From Vicugna vicugna (lineage: Eukaryota): a DNA stretch of 64,000 nucleotides. The notes below the pieces were generated by a model, which did no database searches, was not told the DNA's origin, and saw nothing but the letters and a program-made list of their open reading frames with translations. Below are positions 53,275-64,000 of this stretch, piece by piece. Position numbers and translations under genes: made by a program. Where the stretch lies: NCBI GenBank assembly GCA_013265495.1, contig MU058384.1, positions 2,889,010 through 2,953,009 on the forward strand, read 5' to 3'. The number at the start of each line of letters is the position of its first letter. Within the stretch, counting starts at the first letter, position 1.

Positions 53275-53855
53275 ATTCTTTTTTTATTCAAGTATAGTCA
53301 GTTTACAAAGTTGTGTTAATTTCTGGTGTATAGCATAATATTTCACATATACATACATATTTGTTTTCATATTTTTTTCATTATAGGTTACTACAAGATA
53401 CTGAATATAGTTCTCTGTGCTATATAGTAGAAACTTGTTGTTTATCTATTTTATATATAGTAGTTAGTATTTACAAATCTCACACTCCCAGTTTATCTCT
53501 TCCCACCCTCTTCCCCGACTAGTAACCATAAATTTGTTTTCTATGTCTGTGAGTCTGTTTCTGTTTTGTAAGTTCATTTGTCTTGTTTTTGTTTTTTAGA
53601 TTCCATATATAAGTGATATCATATGGTATTTTTCTTTCTCTTTCTGGCTTACTTCACTTAAAATGACAATGTCCAGGTCCATCCATGTTGCTGCAAATGG
53701 CATTATTTTATTCTTTTTTATGGCTGAGTAGTATTCCATTGTACAAACATACCACAACTTCTTTATCTAGTCATTTGGCGATGGACATTTAGGTCATTTC
53801 CATGTCTTGGCTGTTGTAAATAGTGCTGCTATGAACACTGGGCTGTGTGTGTCTT
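53275..53855 (-). mobile_element. L1 3' fragment (ORF2 C-terminus and 3' UTR)
   Basis: Closely similar to the young L1 around 31360-31600 (catatggtatttttctttctctttctggcttacttcactta...). Confidence 0.85.
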
Positions 53856-54647
53856 GAGAAAAGTCTTTGAATGGGAAAGGAACTAGGTCTCCTCTCTTTA
53901 GCACCGAGAAGAGAACTAGCACTCGTGGTGAGAGGTGAGAGCAAGGCAGATTTGGCCTCAGTTGAAAGACGAATATGTGAAAGCTTTGAGCTGTATTGAG
54001 AATGGAAGTGGCTTAGTGGTAAAGAAGCTTTGATCACTAAAGGGGATCCCAGAGAAGGTGGACAACCATGGCCTGGGAAGGCTGAACTTGGCCAGAGAGC
54101 GCCCACCTGCAGGGCAGGTCAGAAGCATCATCCAGCCATCTCCCCCTTCATCAGAGCAGCTCGATCTCTTTTTCTCTGTTGGGTTTCCCCATAAGATTTC
54201 CTTTGAAGAAAGAGATCTGCTTTAAAAAGAAAGTTTTTAAAACCGTTTAACTTGTTGACCTTTATTACCAACTCTGAAAATCTAGAGTATTAAATCCTGT
54301 TTGATGTTTTCTAAGAAATCAAGCTACTGATTGATCCCTTCTTCCGAAGTCTGAAGTGGGGAGAAGAAAGATCGTGTGAGGACGATGGAACGTGTGACAA
54401 AAAGGGGGCTGCTAGCAGCTGAGGGCGAGAAGCAGGAGTCTTTGACCCTGCGTCAGTTTGCAACCGCCTGGGAGCTTTCTTTCTCAGAAAGCTAACACAA
54501 CAAAACAAAACCTGCCCAAAGCAATTAAATCAGTCACTGGGGGTGTTGCGTGGTGAGAGCTGTTCAGGAAACGCAGTGGGGTCGTGAGCCGCTGAGCCCG
54601 TGGGTGAGCGGCTACATGGAGCCAGCAGGGCCAGGGGGCCCCCGACA

Positions 54648-54828
54648 CAGCGGTTCTCAGACTTCAGGTGCATCGGGATCACCTGGATGACTTGTTCAAG
54701 CTCAGATGGCTGGGCCCCGACAGTTTCTGTTTCAGTAAGTCTGCCATTCGGCCAAGAATTTGCATTTTTAACAAGTTCCAAGTGATGCCGATACTGCTGA
54801 CCTGGGGAGCACACTTTGAGAACTGCTC
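54648..54828. mobile_element. MER5A-like hAT MITE
   Basis: Terminal inverted repeats CAGCGGTTCTCA...TGAGAACTGCT; internal gaatttgcatttttaacaagttcc. Confidence 0.8.
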
Positions 54829-54949
54829 TCTGACAACAAGGGATTTACTTTCGACAGGAAAAGAACCTCCTTCCCATGGGAAGTGGAGTCACAGTATGCA
54901 GTCCTTGAAAGGATGGGATGGGGTTCACTACGGTGATCCTTCACGTGAA

Positions 54950-55300
54950 ATACACTAACCTAGTCTAATAATCATAGGAGAAACGTCAGACCAATCCCAA
55001 CCGAGGGATGTCCTACAACATATCTGACCAGTAGTCCCCAAAACTGTCAAGGTCATCAAAAACAAGGAAAGTCTGAGGAACTGCCCCAGCCAAGAGGAGT
55101 CTCAGGAGACATGATGACTAAATGTAATGTGGTGTCCTGGATGGGATGCTGGGACAGAAAAAAAGACATTAAGAAAAACATCAGGAAAACAAGATATCAA
55201 TACTGGTTCATATGTTGTGACAAACGTACTGTACTTACGTAATAATAACAGCAGGGGAAACTGACAGCGGGTTCCTCTGACTTTATCACTGCAGCTATGC
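54950..55300 (+). mobile_element. Old L1 (L1MB/MC-like) 3' UTR fragment
   Basis: caaaactgtcaaggtcatcaaaaacaaggaaagtctgag...ggagacatgatgactaaatgtaatgtggtgtcctggatggga. Confidence 0.65.
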
Positions 55301-55597
55301 GTTAGGAATACAGTCCTAGGTAACAGAGGCTCCTGTTGCAATGCCTTAAAATTCTTAGTAGAAAATTTCAACCTTTTCACTGTACTTATCTGGAAATCAT
55401 CCCAGAGGTGGTCTGTCTCCTTCTCTTTCCCTGCCTTCTTTTTTGTGGTTCCAAGAGAATCTGCTCAAGTTGGTCAAAATGAAGGACAGTCAGAGTCCTT
55501 TCCCCAGGCAATATTTTGTGCTGGTTTGTAGTTGTGGACGGCCTTATTTCTCGGGCTTTCAGAGTGAACTTTATCAAATTCTCTATGTATCATTTAA

Positions 55598-56142
55598 GTG
55601 TTTTTTTAAATTAAAAAATTTTTTTATTGAAGTATTGTCAGTTTACAATGTTGTGTCAGTTTATGATATACAGCACAGAGATTCAGCTATACATATATAT
55701 ATATGTATATATATATAATGAAATATATATATATATATAATGAAAAGGAATATATATATATATTCCTTTTCATTATAGGCCATTTCAAGGCATTGAATAT
55801 ACTCCCCTGTGCTACACAGTGAGACATTGTTGCTTATTTTATATACAGTAGTTAGTATCTGCAAATCTCAAACTCTCAATTTATCTCTCCACCCCCTCCC
55901 CTTCCCCCCACCCCGGTGACCACAATTTTATTTTCTATGTCTGTGAGCCTGCTTCTGTTTTGTAAATAAGTTCATTTGTGTCTCTCTTTTTTTTAGGTTC
56001 CACATATAAGTGATATCATTTGGTATTTTTCTTTCTCTTCCTGGCTTTCTTCACCTAGTATGACATTCTCCAAGTCCATCCATGTTGCTGTAAATGGCAT
56101 TATTTTATTCTTTTGTATGGCTGAGTTGTATTCCATTATATA

Positions 56143-56194
<52 letters not shown>

Positions 56195-56284
56195 CACACC
56201 CCCCCCCCATCTCCTTTATCCAGTCATCTGTTGATGGACATTTAGGTTGCTTCCATGTCTTGGCTATTGTATATAGTGCTGCTA
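55598..56284 (-). mobile_element. L1 3' fragment with TSD and internal (TA)n and (TATATG)n microsatellites
   Basis: Encodes YIMEYNSAIQKNKIMPFTATWMDLE...KYQMISLICGT. TATCATTTAA at 55588-55597 and 56285-56294. Confidence 0.85.
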
Positions 56285-56329
56285 TATCATTTAAATTTTA
56301 ATGTGTCCTTGGAACACTATGGGCTCACT

Positions 56330-56365
56330 CTGTGTGTGTGTGTGTGTGTGCGCGCACGTGCGTGT
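56330..56365. repeat. (TG)n microsatellite
   Basis: tgtgtg...tgcgcgcacgtgcgtgt. Confidence 0.85.
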
Positions 56366-59300
56366 GGGAGGTGGGTGTGCACAACCCACCACTCTCTGGA
56401 CCTGTATGTTTGTTAATCACCCAATATTCACATTGTTTCTCCGACTTGGCTTTAGGTCCCCTCAGCCTTTTGGGTGTCAGTTGTTTACAGTTTCTGCCAT
56501 AGTTTCTGGCAAGATTCAAGATAATAAGTAGCAATCACACCTGGTAAGGAGAGAATCATAATTCAAGAGCAAACTGAAGACGCCATATACAGTTACAGCA
56601 GATTGATTGGTTTGGACCATTTATCTTTTCAAGTGACAACATACCTTTGCAGAAGTTTAGTGAGGAACTCAGAAGCACTCCTGGGGCTTGGCAGTGGTTT
56701 CACAGCTTTAGGGGAGAAGCTTAGGTACCTGATCCATCTTCTATCCAGGCAGGGGACCCAGGGGATAAGACTGCAGGGTTACATGTGAAACTCAAAATTT
56801 GAAGTAAAAGGCTCTCATCACCTGGGCTTTTCTCTTCCTAAGACTGAGCAGTAATACTAGGAATAGTGACAATTAAGCTTTAAAGAGCCCTTCTAGGGCA
56901 CCAGACACCATTCTAATGAGCTCAGCTCATCCTCATGGAGGCACAGAGAAGGTAAGTTATTTGCTCAAGCTCACACAACTTGAAGTGGAGCCAGGATTCT
57001 AATCTGGGTCATCTGGCTGCGGGGCTCATGCTATAAACAATAGAGCTTGCCTTCCACTCTTAAAGAGGACACCAGGAGAAATCCCACTACTGACTAGCAT
57101 GGCTAGAGGGTCCAGAGACAGCCACAACAGTCTGAGGCTAGAAAGAGAACGTCCCATCACTTAGCTGTACTTCATACAACTAGCACCACCATCACTACTA
57201 GCAACTGGTAAATATTGATTAAGTTTCTGTTCTATGCCAGGTACCGTGGATATGAAGATGAAAAAGAGACTGTAGTTCTGCCCTTGGGAACTTTTGATGA
57301 GATAGGCACCTAAGCAAACAAGTCAACAACATCCCAGACAGCTTCCAGTAAAAGCCAAGAGAAGGGGTGGGTCAGAGCCCAGATGGGCAGGGACCCGCCT
57401 TGCCTTAGGGAAGGATTCACAGTAGATGACTCCCTACTTCTGTCATTTCGTTTTCCTCCAGTTACTTCCCTGAATTGTCCTACTTCCAACTGATAAGCCT
57501 GAATGGCAGAGGTTTGAAGTTCTATACAGGATGCTGGGATGCTGGGATGTCGGCAAGGGACATACTCTTTCATCCGATAAATAATTTACAGAAGAAGAGA
57601 GGCTCCAACTCAACATATGCCCGTCTGCCTTCTTCCCCCAGGAAACAGGGAACATTTACATCTGCTCTGTTCCCTCTTCCAGGGCAAGAATCTTACGTTT
57701 CATACGCAAGCTACTTGGCAACCCCTCCATGTGTTCCTGTCTACCGCAACAGCAAACAGCCGTTGCTGTTTGGACGAGTTCCCCTTGAAAACTTCCCCTG
57801 TCATGGGATCAGCCTCTTCCTGCTGATAGAGAGTCATTATCTGGCCCTGTTGCCATGGAGAGTGGATGGAATAAGGTGTGCTTTTCGCCTGCATCACTCC
57901 CGCCTGGGGTGAGACAAGGACCCTTCTGTATGTACGTCATGTGCGGCGGGCCTGTGGCAGGCTGTGGCCTGGCTTTTCCTGCCAGTAAAATCTAATCGAG
58001 TGATCAGCTGCAGATAATATCAAGACCTCTGCTGGATACGTTACCGGCGACAGACATGCTTCCACGATTAATAACATAAACACAACCTCACGTCGCCGCC
58101 TATCACCACAAACTGCTTTGTTCTCGAAGATTGTCTTTGTGCTCAGCCTCTGATCTTGATTTGTCTACAGAACAACTTCATATGCCCTTTGGCAAGTGTG
58201 GCGAGCACCGCTTCCTGTTTCTAAACTTGTAGACCATCATCCATACATCTCGCAGTTGTCGATTTTACCAGGTAACAGCCGCTCCTTCTCGCTGCTTTTT
58301 TAAAATCTCTAGCTTTGATTAAGAGGACCCTGGAAGTAAAAGTTTTTGATTTGGGGGCCTAGAGTGTTTTTAATTAATTTCGCTAAAGTTTCACATGACT
58401 TGTAATCTAAAAAAGAAAGTAAGTAGAAATCTGTGCTTCCATTCCTCAGGCCAGAAAAATCAGTTGCGACAAGACTCCAGACATAAAGATTTTAAAGCAA
58501 TCAAGGTCTTTTAGTTTTTCTTCTGTGTTTGTTGAGAGCAAAGGCGTTGCATCAGCATAGTTTCAACTTGACTCGCATGCAGGAAAACTGTAGCAGGTAA
58601 GTCACTGGTCAGAATCAATGGGGCCCATCACATTTTATAGGTCAAAATCATTTGAACAGTTTTTACAGTTTGTGTACACTCTTGTGATGAAGTTGATTCA
58701 CCTGATTCATTGATGAATGTTACCTATGTGGTGCTACTATGTGCCAAACACTAAACTAGGCTTATCTCTTAAAATCTTAACGTTCTCGAACTATTATTAT
58801 TATACTAAGCACTTTTAAAAGTGAAATATGCTTATCCAGCAATTTGGAAAATTCATTAAAGCCGAGGAAGACATGTCACGCAGAGATGACCACTGTAATA
58901 TATTCTAGCATTTTATTGACTCTGTGTGTATATATGTATTTTAAGCAAAACTGACAATATACTGTTACACAATTTGTCATTTACTTTTTTCTTTTGCTTA
59001 ATTTTTATTTTTGCAAACTCTTCGTAAATAAAGTTATTATTGGTTATATAAGGTTTATCTTACTTGTAACATTAGATGAACACTCTTATATTTTCTTTTT
59101 TTTTCTTTCATGAACTTACCGCGTTGATCACAGATTTCTAGGTCAAAAGTCTTTCTTGACCACATTAACCAAGGTTCTCTGGAAAAGTTAAACTCACTTG
59201 TGTTTTGAGATGGCTCTGCCGTCCTCTTGGAGATATAAACACACACACACACCACCCTGGAGCCTGATGCACATTAACACCAGGCATGTGGGCCTCTTGT

Positions 59301-61079
59301 TTTCAGTCCGACTTGAAGGTCACGCCTGCGCTGTATTCATGCCTTTGTGGTGCATTGGGAAGTGGAGCTGTCCTCCTGGTGGGGAGGTTTTCATGTCTTT
59401 ACTGATGAATTCAAGACATGGTACCTAACGGTCCCCCACGGTCCCTCAGCACCATCACTGTCATTCTCCCATTTGGGAAGACTTCTTCTCCCTGATGGGG
59501 GGTGCTCCTCCTGTCTGTCTCTCCCTTCTCCAGGAAAGCAATCCTAATTTGGTTCCTACGAGGTCATAATCTTCTAATAGAGGCTTGGATTCTCTTTATT
59601 GACGCTTGGAAACACAAAGGTATCTTAACTGAATTGGGAAGGGTGGGGGTTTCCTAAGAGGGGTTTGGCAAGCAAAGTCTGGACCTGGAGACTTCCATGT
59701 CCTTGAGGAGGTAAAGAGAATAAAACCACCTTTTTTTATTCTTTTGAGTCTCCTCAGATGCTAGAACAACATAGAAACGATTCTCCTAATGGCCTATATT
59801 TTCATGTAGTGGATGTGGTGTAATTTATCCAACCGTTGCCCTCAGCATAAAATCAAAGATTCTAAAGGTGATTTACAAGCCTGTCGCTCCTGCCTGCATC
59901 TCCCAGCACCGCTGCTCCAGCCCTGCTGAACTTCCAGGCTCTCTAGCCTGTGTTTTCCTACAGGTCTTTGCATGTGTTGTTTTCTTTTGCTGAACCCCTC
60001 TTCCCTCTGTCATCCCCATCTTCTGGTTAACGTCACACACTTTTCGCATTTTAAGTTAAATGCCACTTCCTCTGGTTGGGTTCCCTCTGCCATGAAGTCC
60101 TGTGGAAAATGTCGTAATTACTCCATTAGCTGCTTATCTCCTCCCAGATTGTAAGTTCTGCGAGGATGAGAATCTTGTCTGTTTTCTGTTTATCTGATTG
60201 AGCACCTACTATGTGTCTGTTCTAGCTCAGTGTTTGACACATAGTAGGTGCTCAATGAGATATTGAAATGAGTAGAGGACATTTTAGGGTGCTTTGGTTT
60301 TTACAAGCAATGATTGTCCATGTCCTGGAATTTTTAAATGACATTCAAATGTAAATTCTTGGAAGTAGGATTACTATGTCAAAGGATATAAACATTTTTG
60401 GGGCCTCTTGAGAAAAAGATAGATTGCTTTCCAGAAAGTTTGACACTCCTACTAGTAATGAATGAGATTTCCGGTTTCATTTTACTCTTATAGGAACTAT
60501 TAAGAAAAGAGATCATTTTTTGCGAACTTGGTAATAAGAAAGATCCCTTTCTGCTGTTCCAATTTTGCCTTAGTTAATAGTGAGATGGACACTTTTTTCA
60601 TCTCTTAAAATTCATTTACATTTGCTGTATTATGAATTGTCTGCTATCCTTTGCCTATGTTTATTCTGGAATTCTCATGTTTTTGTGGTCTTGCAAGCTC
60701 TGTATGTTTTAAAGATGTTAGATTATTTTCATTTTATTCATTGACGCTTTTCCCCTCTATTTAGATGTTTGTATTTTCATTTATGTTCTTTCTTTTTCTT
60801 TAATCTTACATTGTTCTTAAGTTTAATATTTTCATGTCATCAGGTCTGGCATCATTCTCTTTGAGATTTCTTACATGACTCTTAGAGTGCCCTTCACCAC
60901 CAGTGATCAAACATTCAGCTATTTTTTTCCTTGGCATGTATGCAGTTAGATTTCTGTACTTGCGTGTGTGCATTTATGTGCACATGTCCTTGGATGTCAG
61001 CCACTGGGAATTTAATGTAGGTGGGGACAATCTTCTTTTGCCAAAAGGACTGACCAATTGTCTCAACGTGATTTTTTTA

Positions 61080-61507
61080 ATAGTTGTTAAATATCTTTTG
61101 TTTTTAATTGAAGTATAGTCAATTTACAATGTTGGCTCAATTTCTGGTGTACAGCATAATACTTCAGTCATACATATACATACATATATTCATTTTCATT
61201 ATGGGTTACTACAAGATATTGAATGTAGTTCCCTGGGCTATACAGAAGAACCTTGTTGTTTATCTATTTTATATATAGTAGTTAGTATTTGCAAATCTCA
61301 AACGCCCAGTTTATCCCTTTCCACCCTCTTCCCCCCGTAACCATAAGTTTATTTACTATGTCTGTGAGTCTGTTTCTGTTTTGTAGTTAAGTTCACTAGT
61401 GTCTTCTTTTTTCTTTTTTAAATTCCACATATGAGTGATATCATATGGTATTTTTCTGTCTCTTCCTGGCTTACTTCACTTAGAGTGATGATCTCCAGAT
61501 CCACCCA
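61080..61507 (-). mobile_element. L1 3' fragment inserted in an older L1M remnant (~60330-61560)
   Basis: Similar to 53275-53700; degenerate TSD tcaac(g/a)tgattt at ~61064 and ~61508. Confidence 0.75.
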
Positions 61508-63049
61508 TCAACATGATTTGTTGAATAACCTTTCCCTTCCCAATGACTTAAGGCGTCTCTTTTCTCAAATTTAAAAGCAATATTATTCTAGCTTCAGCAC
61601 ATCTCCCTGGAGTGGGTTGGGGGCTTTGGCATCACTCAGGTTTTGGGGAGAGATGTTGAGGAGGAGGCGGTCTTCCTCTGTGCTTGTTCTCCCCACGCCT
61701 TCTCCCTGGCTCTGCTGACCTGGCACTGCGGTTAAGCTTCACCGAGGCTCAACTCTGAGGCATCTAGGGAAAGTTGGAGTCAAGATCTGAAACTGGTAAA
61801 GGCACAGTGCATTTGCATGAAAACCCACTAGCCCAATTTAGTCATGTTTATAAATGTCTTTTTGGCATTATCAGGGCATAGCTTTCATTTGTCTGGCATT
61901 GGATCTAAAAACACACAGCCTATAAACAGGTGCCCACGAGAAAGTGAGTGCTACGGGGAGAGAGGGCATCTGCTGCCATCCTGACAATTCAAGGGACCAG
62001 AGTCTCTATGGTGATGGTTTCTTCTTTCACACAACACTGCACAGTTGTACAAAGGGGGGAATGCCAGTCTTCACTCACTGAGACAAGAGTCGACAAAATG
62101 TTTCCTTTACAGGAAGCCACCAGCCACGTACTCAGAAAGGTGGCTGGGAGCAGACATCTCTGTGTTAAGTTAATTTGTTCTCTCCCTCTCTCTCACTCAT
62201 TCTTTCTTCCTTGCTTCCTTCCTTACTTGCTTGTTGGCTTTCTACTTAGCTCTGCGATCAAGTTTGGCTCTATCCTAGTTCTTGCATGTTGGTCCCTGGG
62301 AAGATGTATCACAGAATCTGACATCTTGAGTCATGAAGCATTGTGAACTTTCGTTTGCTGCATTTTCTGTCAATGGAAATTGGGAACAGAGACAAGTGAT
62401 TATTTTTATGTTTCAAGAAGCAAAGATAGTGGGAGTAAAAGAATCTTGCTGCTTCAGAAAACTTGTAATTTATGTCCAAGTGCTACAGGATTGAAATGGA
62501 AGCGATCCAAGAGTCTCCCCACATCCTGCCCCCAAAGTGGATCTGTGTTTGGAAATGAAAGTTCAATCTTTATCCTGAATTTAAATACAACTTTGTCCCC
62601 CCTCCTGAATCTTAGGTAAATCTAATTAACATTCCTTTTTTTCTTGTTTCTTTTTTGTCTACTATTTCTACTTTTGGGTGTGTATTTGGGTGGGGGTGAG
62701 GGTTTTGCAAGTACTTAAAATGTCCTAAGGTGTTTATTGGCAAGTAGTAACAAGTAACAGAGTGATCATGACTCCTACCAGCTTAAATCAGAGACCCTGT
62801 CCTCCGTCCTCCTCCTCCATTCTCCACCCCCTTACTTTGCTCTTTTCTTCCTTCTCCCAGCGTTTATCTCCCTCTGACGTACTATCATCTTATTGGTTAT
62901 GCTTATTGTCTATTGTTTGTCTCCTCCATAAGGACAGTGATGCTTGTCTGTTTCATGTATTCTAAGTGTTTGATCCCATATCTGGCACTTAGAATATATG
63001 AATATTTGTTGAACTCAATCTAATCAACTCCTGTCCCTTGAAAGTCTGG

Positions 63050-63447
63050 GTTTCTTGTGTGATGGGATCGTTTGTCTCAATGATGTCATCCAGGACCTTG
63101 CTCTTCACTGTTTTCACTGTCTACTTAGCTTAGCAGTGACCCTATCCTAAGTCAGGCTCCTCTTGTGGTCCCCAGACGGCTCTACCTCCAGGGCATCTAA
63201 TTCAAATACAGCAGGAGGGACTCGGAGGCTTCCTCCTACATTCCCAGCAAAAGTCCCGGGAGTCCCACTGAATAAACTGGCTCAGTCAGTAACAGTGACC
63301 GGGGGATAGATGTGCTGATGGCTTAAGCCCAGGCCACGTGTTCCCTCCTTCCCACCAAGATGGAATTAGCCTTTCAGGAATCACCTGGATCCCCAAACAG
63401 AAATTGAGGGGCTGTTGAAGAGGAGGAAGTGAAGGATGGATGTCTAC
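63050..63447. mobile_element. Old MaLR LTR (MLT1-type)
   Basis: ctcaatgatgtcatc..., ttcccagcaaaagtccc, gcccaggccacgtg, ending gtctaca. Called by eye. Confidence 0.45.
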
Positions 63448-64000
63448 ACTACTTGACAAGCGGGCAGAGCATGCTAACCAATCAGGCTTTACCATTACCA
63501 GTAAACAGAACTTGGGAAATCCCCTCTCTGTTCTTCCTAGTTAAGTGACTAGAGCTGAGGTTAGACATGGCTTATGTGATGAGATTGAGTTCATCTTCTC
63601 ATTTTTGGGGCAAATTTATGTTTTCTTAAGAGGGGGAAGAATCCTCAAAAAGGATTCAGGTGGGCAAGCCAACAAAAAGCTGACCTTAAGGTTGAAAAAA
63701 GTTTCCTTTTTCACTCTTTCCATTGATATAACTTACTGGACTTCTAAGAAAAGTAGTCACTTCACCCCTTTTTATTCTTATTCTTATTGGGTGCACCAAG
63801 CATTGGCACTTCTTCATCTCTGGGACTTACCATCCAAGTTAAGTAGCCTAGAGAGAAGCTGCAGGTTGTAGCCTGTGGCCACGAGCGAGGGTGTTACTCA
63901 GAGCTGATGCCTACGGGGCAGAACTCATCACTGCCTGGAGAGGGCCAGCTCACGCTGACAGCTGGCTCCTCTTTTTGCGCTTCCTCATCTCTGCTTACTA

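Overview
Mammalian genomic DNA, probably camelid (a tRNA-Ala-derived SINE resembles the camelid vic-1 family). It contains the complete TNFAIP3 (A20) gene on the minus strand: a non-coding exon 1 in a CpG-island promoter with tandem NF-kB sites (~22 kb), eight coding exons with GT-AG boundaries that splice to 2358 nt (785 aa), and a ~1.9-kb 3' UTR ending near 6640. About 9 kb upstream lies a young, 5'-truncated LINE-1 (30997-36066). It has a 17-bp target-site duplication, an open 1260-aa ORF2 and an apparent ~78-nt 3' transduction. A MER41-like solo LTR follows, then ~25 kb of repeat-rich intergenic DNA. Main leads are the L1 transduction, an ORF in the L1 spacer overlapping the ORF2 start, a 22-codon uORF in exon 1, a 5-aa deletion beside the MALT1 cleavage site, a 61-bp-arm inverted repeat downstream of the gene, an intron-2 GRE/NF-kB module and apparent loss of the miR-125 site. 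Comparisons with human and repeat consensus sequences are from memory and need alignment. Repeat family names are by-eye calls. No wholly new system is proven.
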